This document shows positions 63,094 through 64,000 of a DNA stretch of 64,000 bases, one piece after another. Numbering within the stretch: the stretch's first letter is position 1; each line of letters begins with the position of its first letter. The translations under genes and the position numbers were made by a program. The notes under the pieces were generated by a model, which was given only the letters and a program-made list of their open reading frames with translations, did not search any database and was not told the DNA's origin. The DNA is from Nostoc sp. (GTDB lineage: Bacteria > Cyanobacteriota > Cyanobacteriia > Cyanobacteriales > Nostocaceae), in assembly GCA_036918135.1 (NCBI GenBank), contig JBALDB010000056.1, positions 256,001-320,000 on the forward strand, given 5' to 3'.

Positions 63094-64000
63094 ATGCAGT
63101 TGACAGTTGATAGTGGACAGTTGCCAGTAGGTTGGGAAATCAAATATTTAGATAAACTTTGTGAAAATCTAGATAGCAAACGAGTACCTATCACAAAGTC
63201 TTCAAGAAAATCTGGCAACATTCCCTATTATGGTGCTTCTGGTATTGTTGATTACGTTGATGATTACATTTTTGATGAAGATTTACTTTTAGTGTCTGAA
63301 GATGGTGCGAATCTTTTGGCAAGAAGCTATCCAATAGCATTCTCAATTACAGGTAAAACGTGGGTAAATAACCACGCTCATGTACTCCACTTTGAAGAAA
63401 AAATCACACAGAGTTTCATTGAATATTATTTAAATTCCATCTCCCTTAAGCCGTATGTAAGTGGTATGGCTCAACCAAAACTCAGTCAAAAATCACTAAA
63501 CTCAATACCCATTCCATTTCCACCGCTCTCCAAACAAAAGCGGATTGTGGCGATTTTGGATGAGGCGTTTGAGGGGATTGATAGAGCGATCACCAACACC
63601 GAAAAAAACTTCACCAACGCCCGCGAACTATTTGAAAGCTATCTAAACGCCATCTTCATACAGAAAGGCGACGGATGGGAGGAGAAAACACTCAAGCAAG
63701 TATCAATTCAATTTGGTAGAGGAAAATCAAGACATCGACCAAGAAATGATCAGAAACTTTATAGCGGTAAATATCCATTTATACAAACAGGAGATATCCG
63801 CAATTCAAATCATATTGTAACAAGTTATTTGCAAACTTATAACGAAGTAGGACTAGCTCAAAGCAAGTTGTGGCCTAAAGGAACAGTATGTATAACTATT
63901 GCTGCCAATATAGCAGAAACAGGTGTATTGGATTTTGAAGCTTGTATTCCTGATAGTGTTATTGGTTTAGTCGTTGATTTAAACAAAGCAAATAATATGT
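63094..64000 (+). CDS. hsdS: Type I R-M specificity subunit HsdS, running off the window end
   Basis: Open frame from ATG 63094: LPVGWE, PYYGASG, WVNNHAH, AQPKL, PPLSKQKRIVAILD, second TRD starting GWEEKTL. Confidence 0.9.
   Translation, partial: MQLTVDSGQLPVGWEIKYLDKLCENLDSKRVPITKSSRKSGNIPYYGASGIVDYVDDYIFDEDLLLVSEDGANLLARSYPIAFSITGKTWVNNHAHVLHFEEKITQSFIEYYLNSISLKPYVSGMAQPKLSQKSLNSIPIPFPPLSKQKRIVAILDEAFEGIDRAITNTEKNFTNARELFESYLNAIFIQKGDGWEEKTLKQVSIQFGRGKSRHRPRNDQKLYSGKYPFIQTGDIRNSNHIVTSYLQTYNEVGLAQSKLWPKGTVCITIAANIAETGVLDFEACIPDSVIGLVVDLNKANNM

Larger units (their letters stand above)
57874..64000. mobile_element. Type V-K CRISPR-associated transposon (CAST), tRNA-proximal part
   Basis: TGTACA end after the tRNA, TnsB-site repeats, array, tracrRNA, cas12k, repressor and cargo; tnsB/tnsC/tniQ not in the window. 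Confidence 0.93.

Overview
This is a 64 kb chromosomal segment of a filamentous cyanobacterium, probably Nostocales. HIP1 octamers (GCGATCGC) are abundant, and the cikA-cobN-cell wall protein-furA-sigC-gpsA-lipA order matches Anabaena/Nostoc. Most of the window is core or semi-core: a TonB protein with long repeats, an NDH-1(3) CO2-uptake operon, an FHA-type exoprotein, trxA, a copper P1B-ATPase/cupredoxin/MerR cluster, two group-2 sigma factors, pcrA and a stand-alone Septu-like ATPase+HNH pair. The CO2-uptake operon has a Tat-signal beta-carbonic anhydrase and a CDP-alcohol phosphotransferase inserted in it. From 57874 onward the window enters a type V-K CRISPR-associated transposon inserted just after tRNA-Pro(CGG). 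Visible parts are the transposon end, a 17-nt tRNA-homing spacer behind an internally deleted mini-repeat, a 7-repeat array, the tracrRNA, cas12k, an unannotated 54-aa RHH repressor with a direct-repeat operator, and type I R-M cargo (hsdM with an apparent premature stop). The tns genes are outside the window. Intergenic DNA and several genes carry MITEs, nested 21-bp small dispersed repeats and 21/42-bp tandem arrays. All calls come from reading the sequence and recalling known families; no searches were run.
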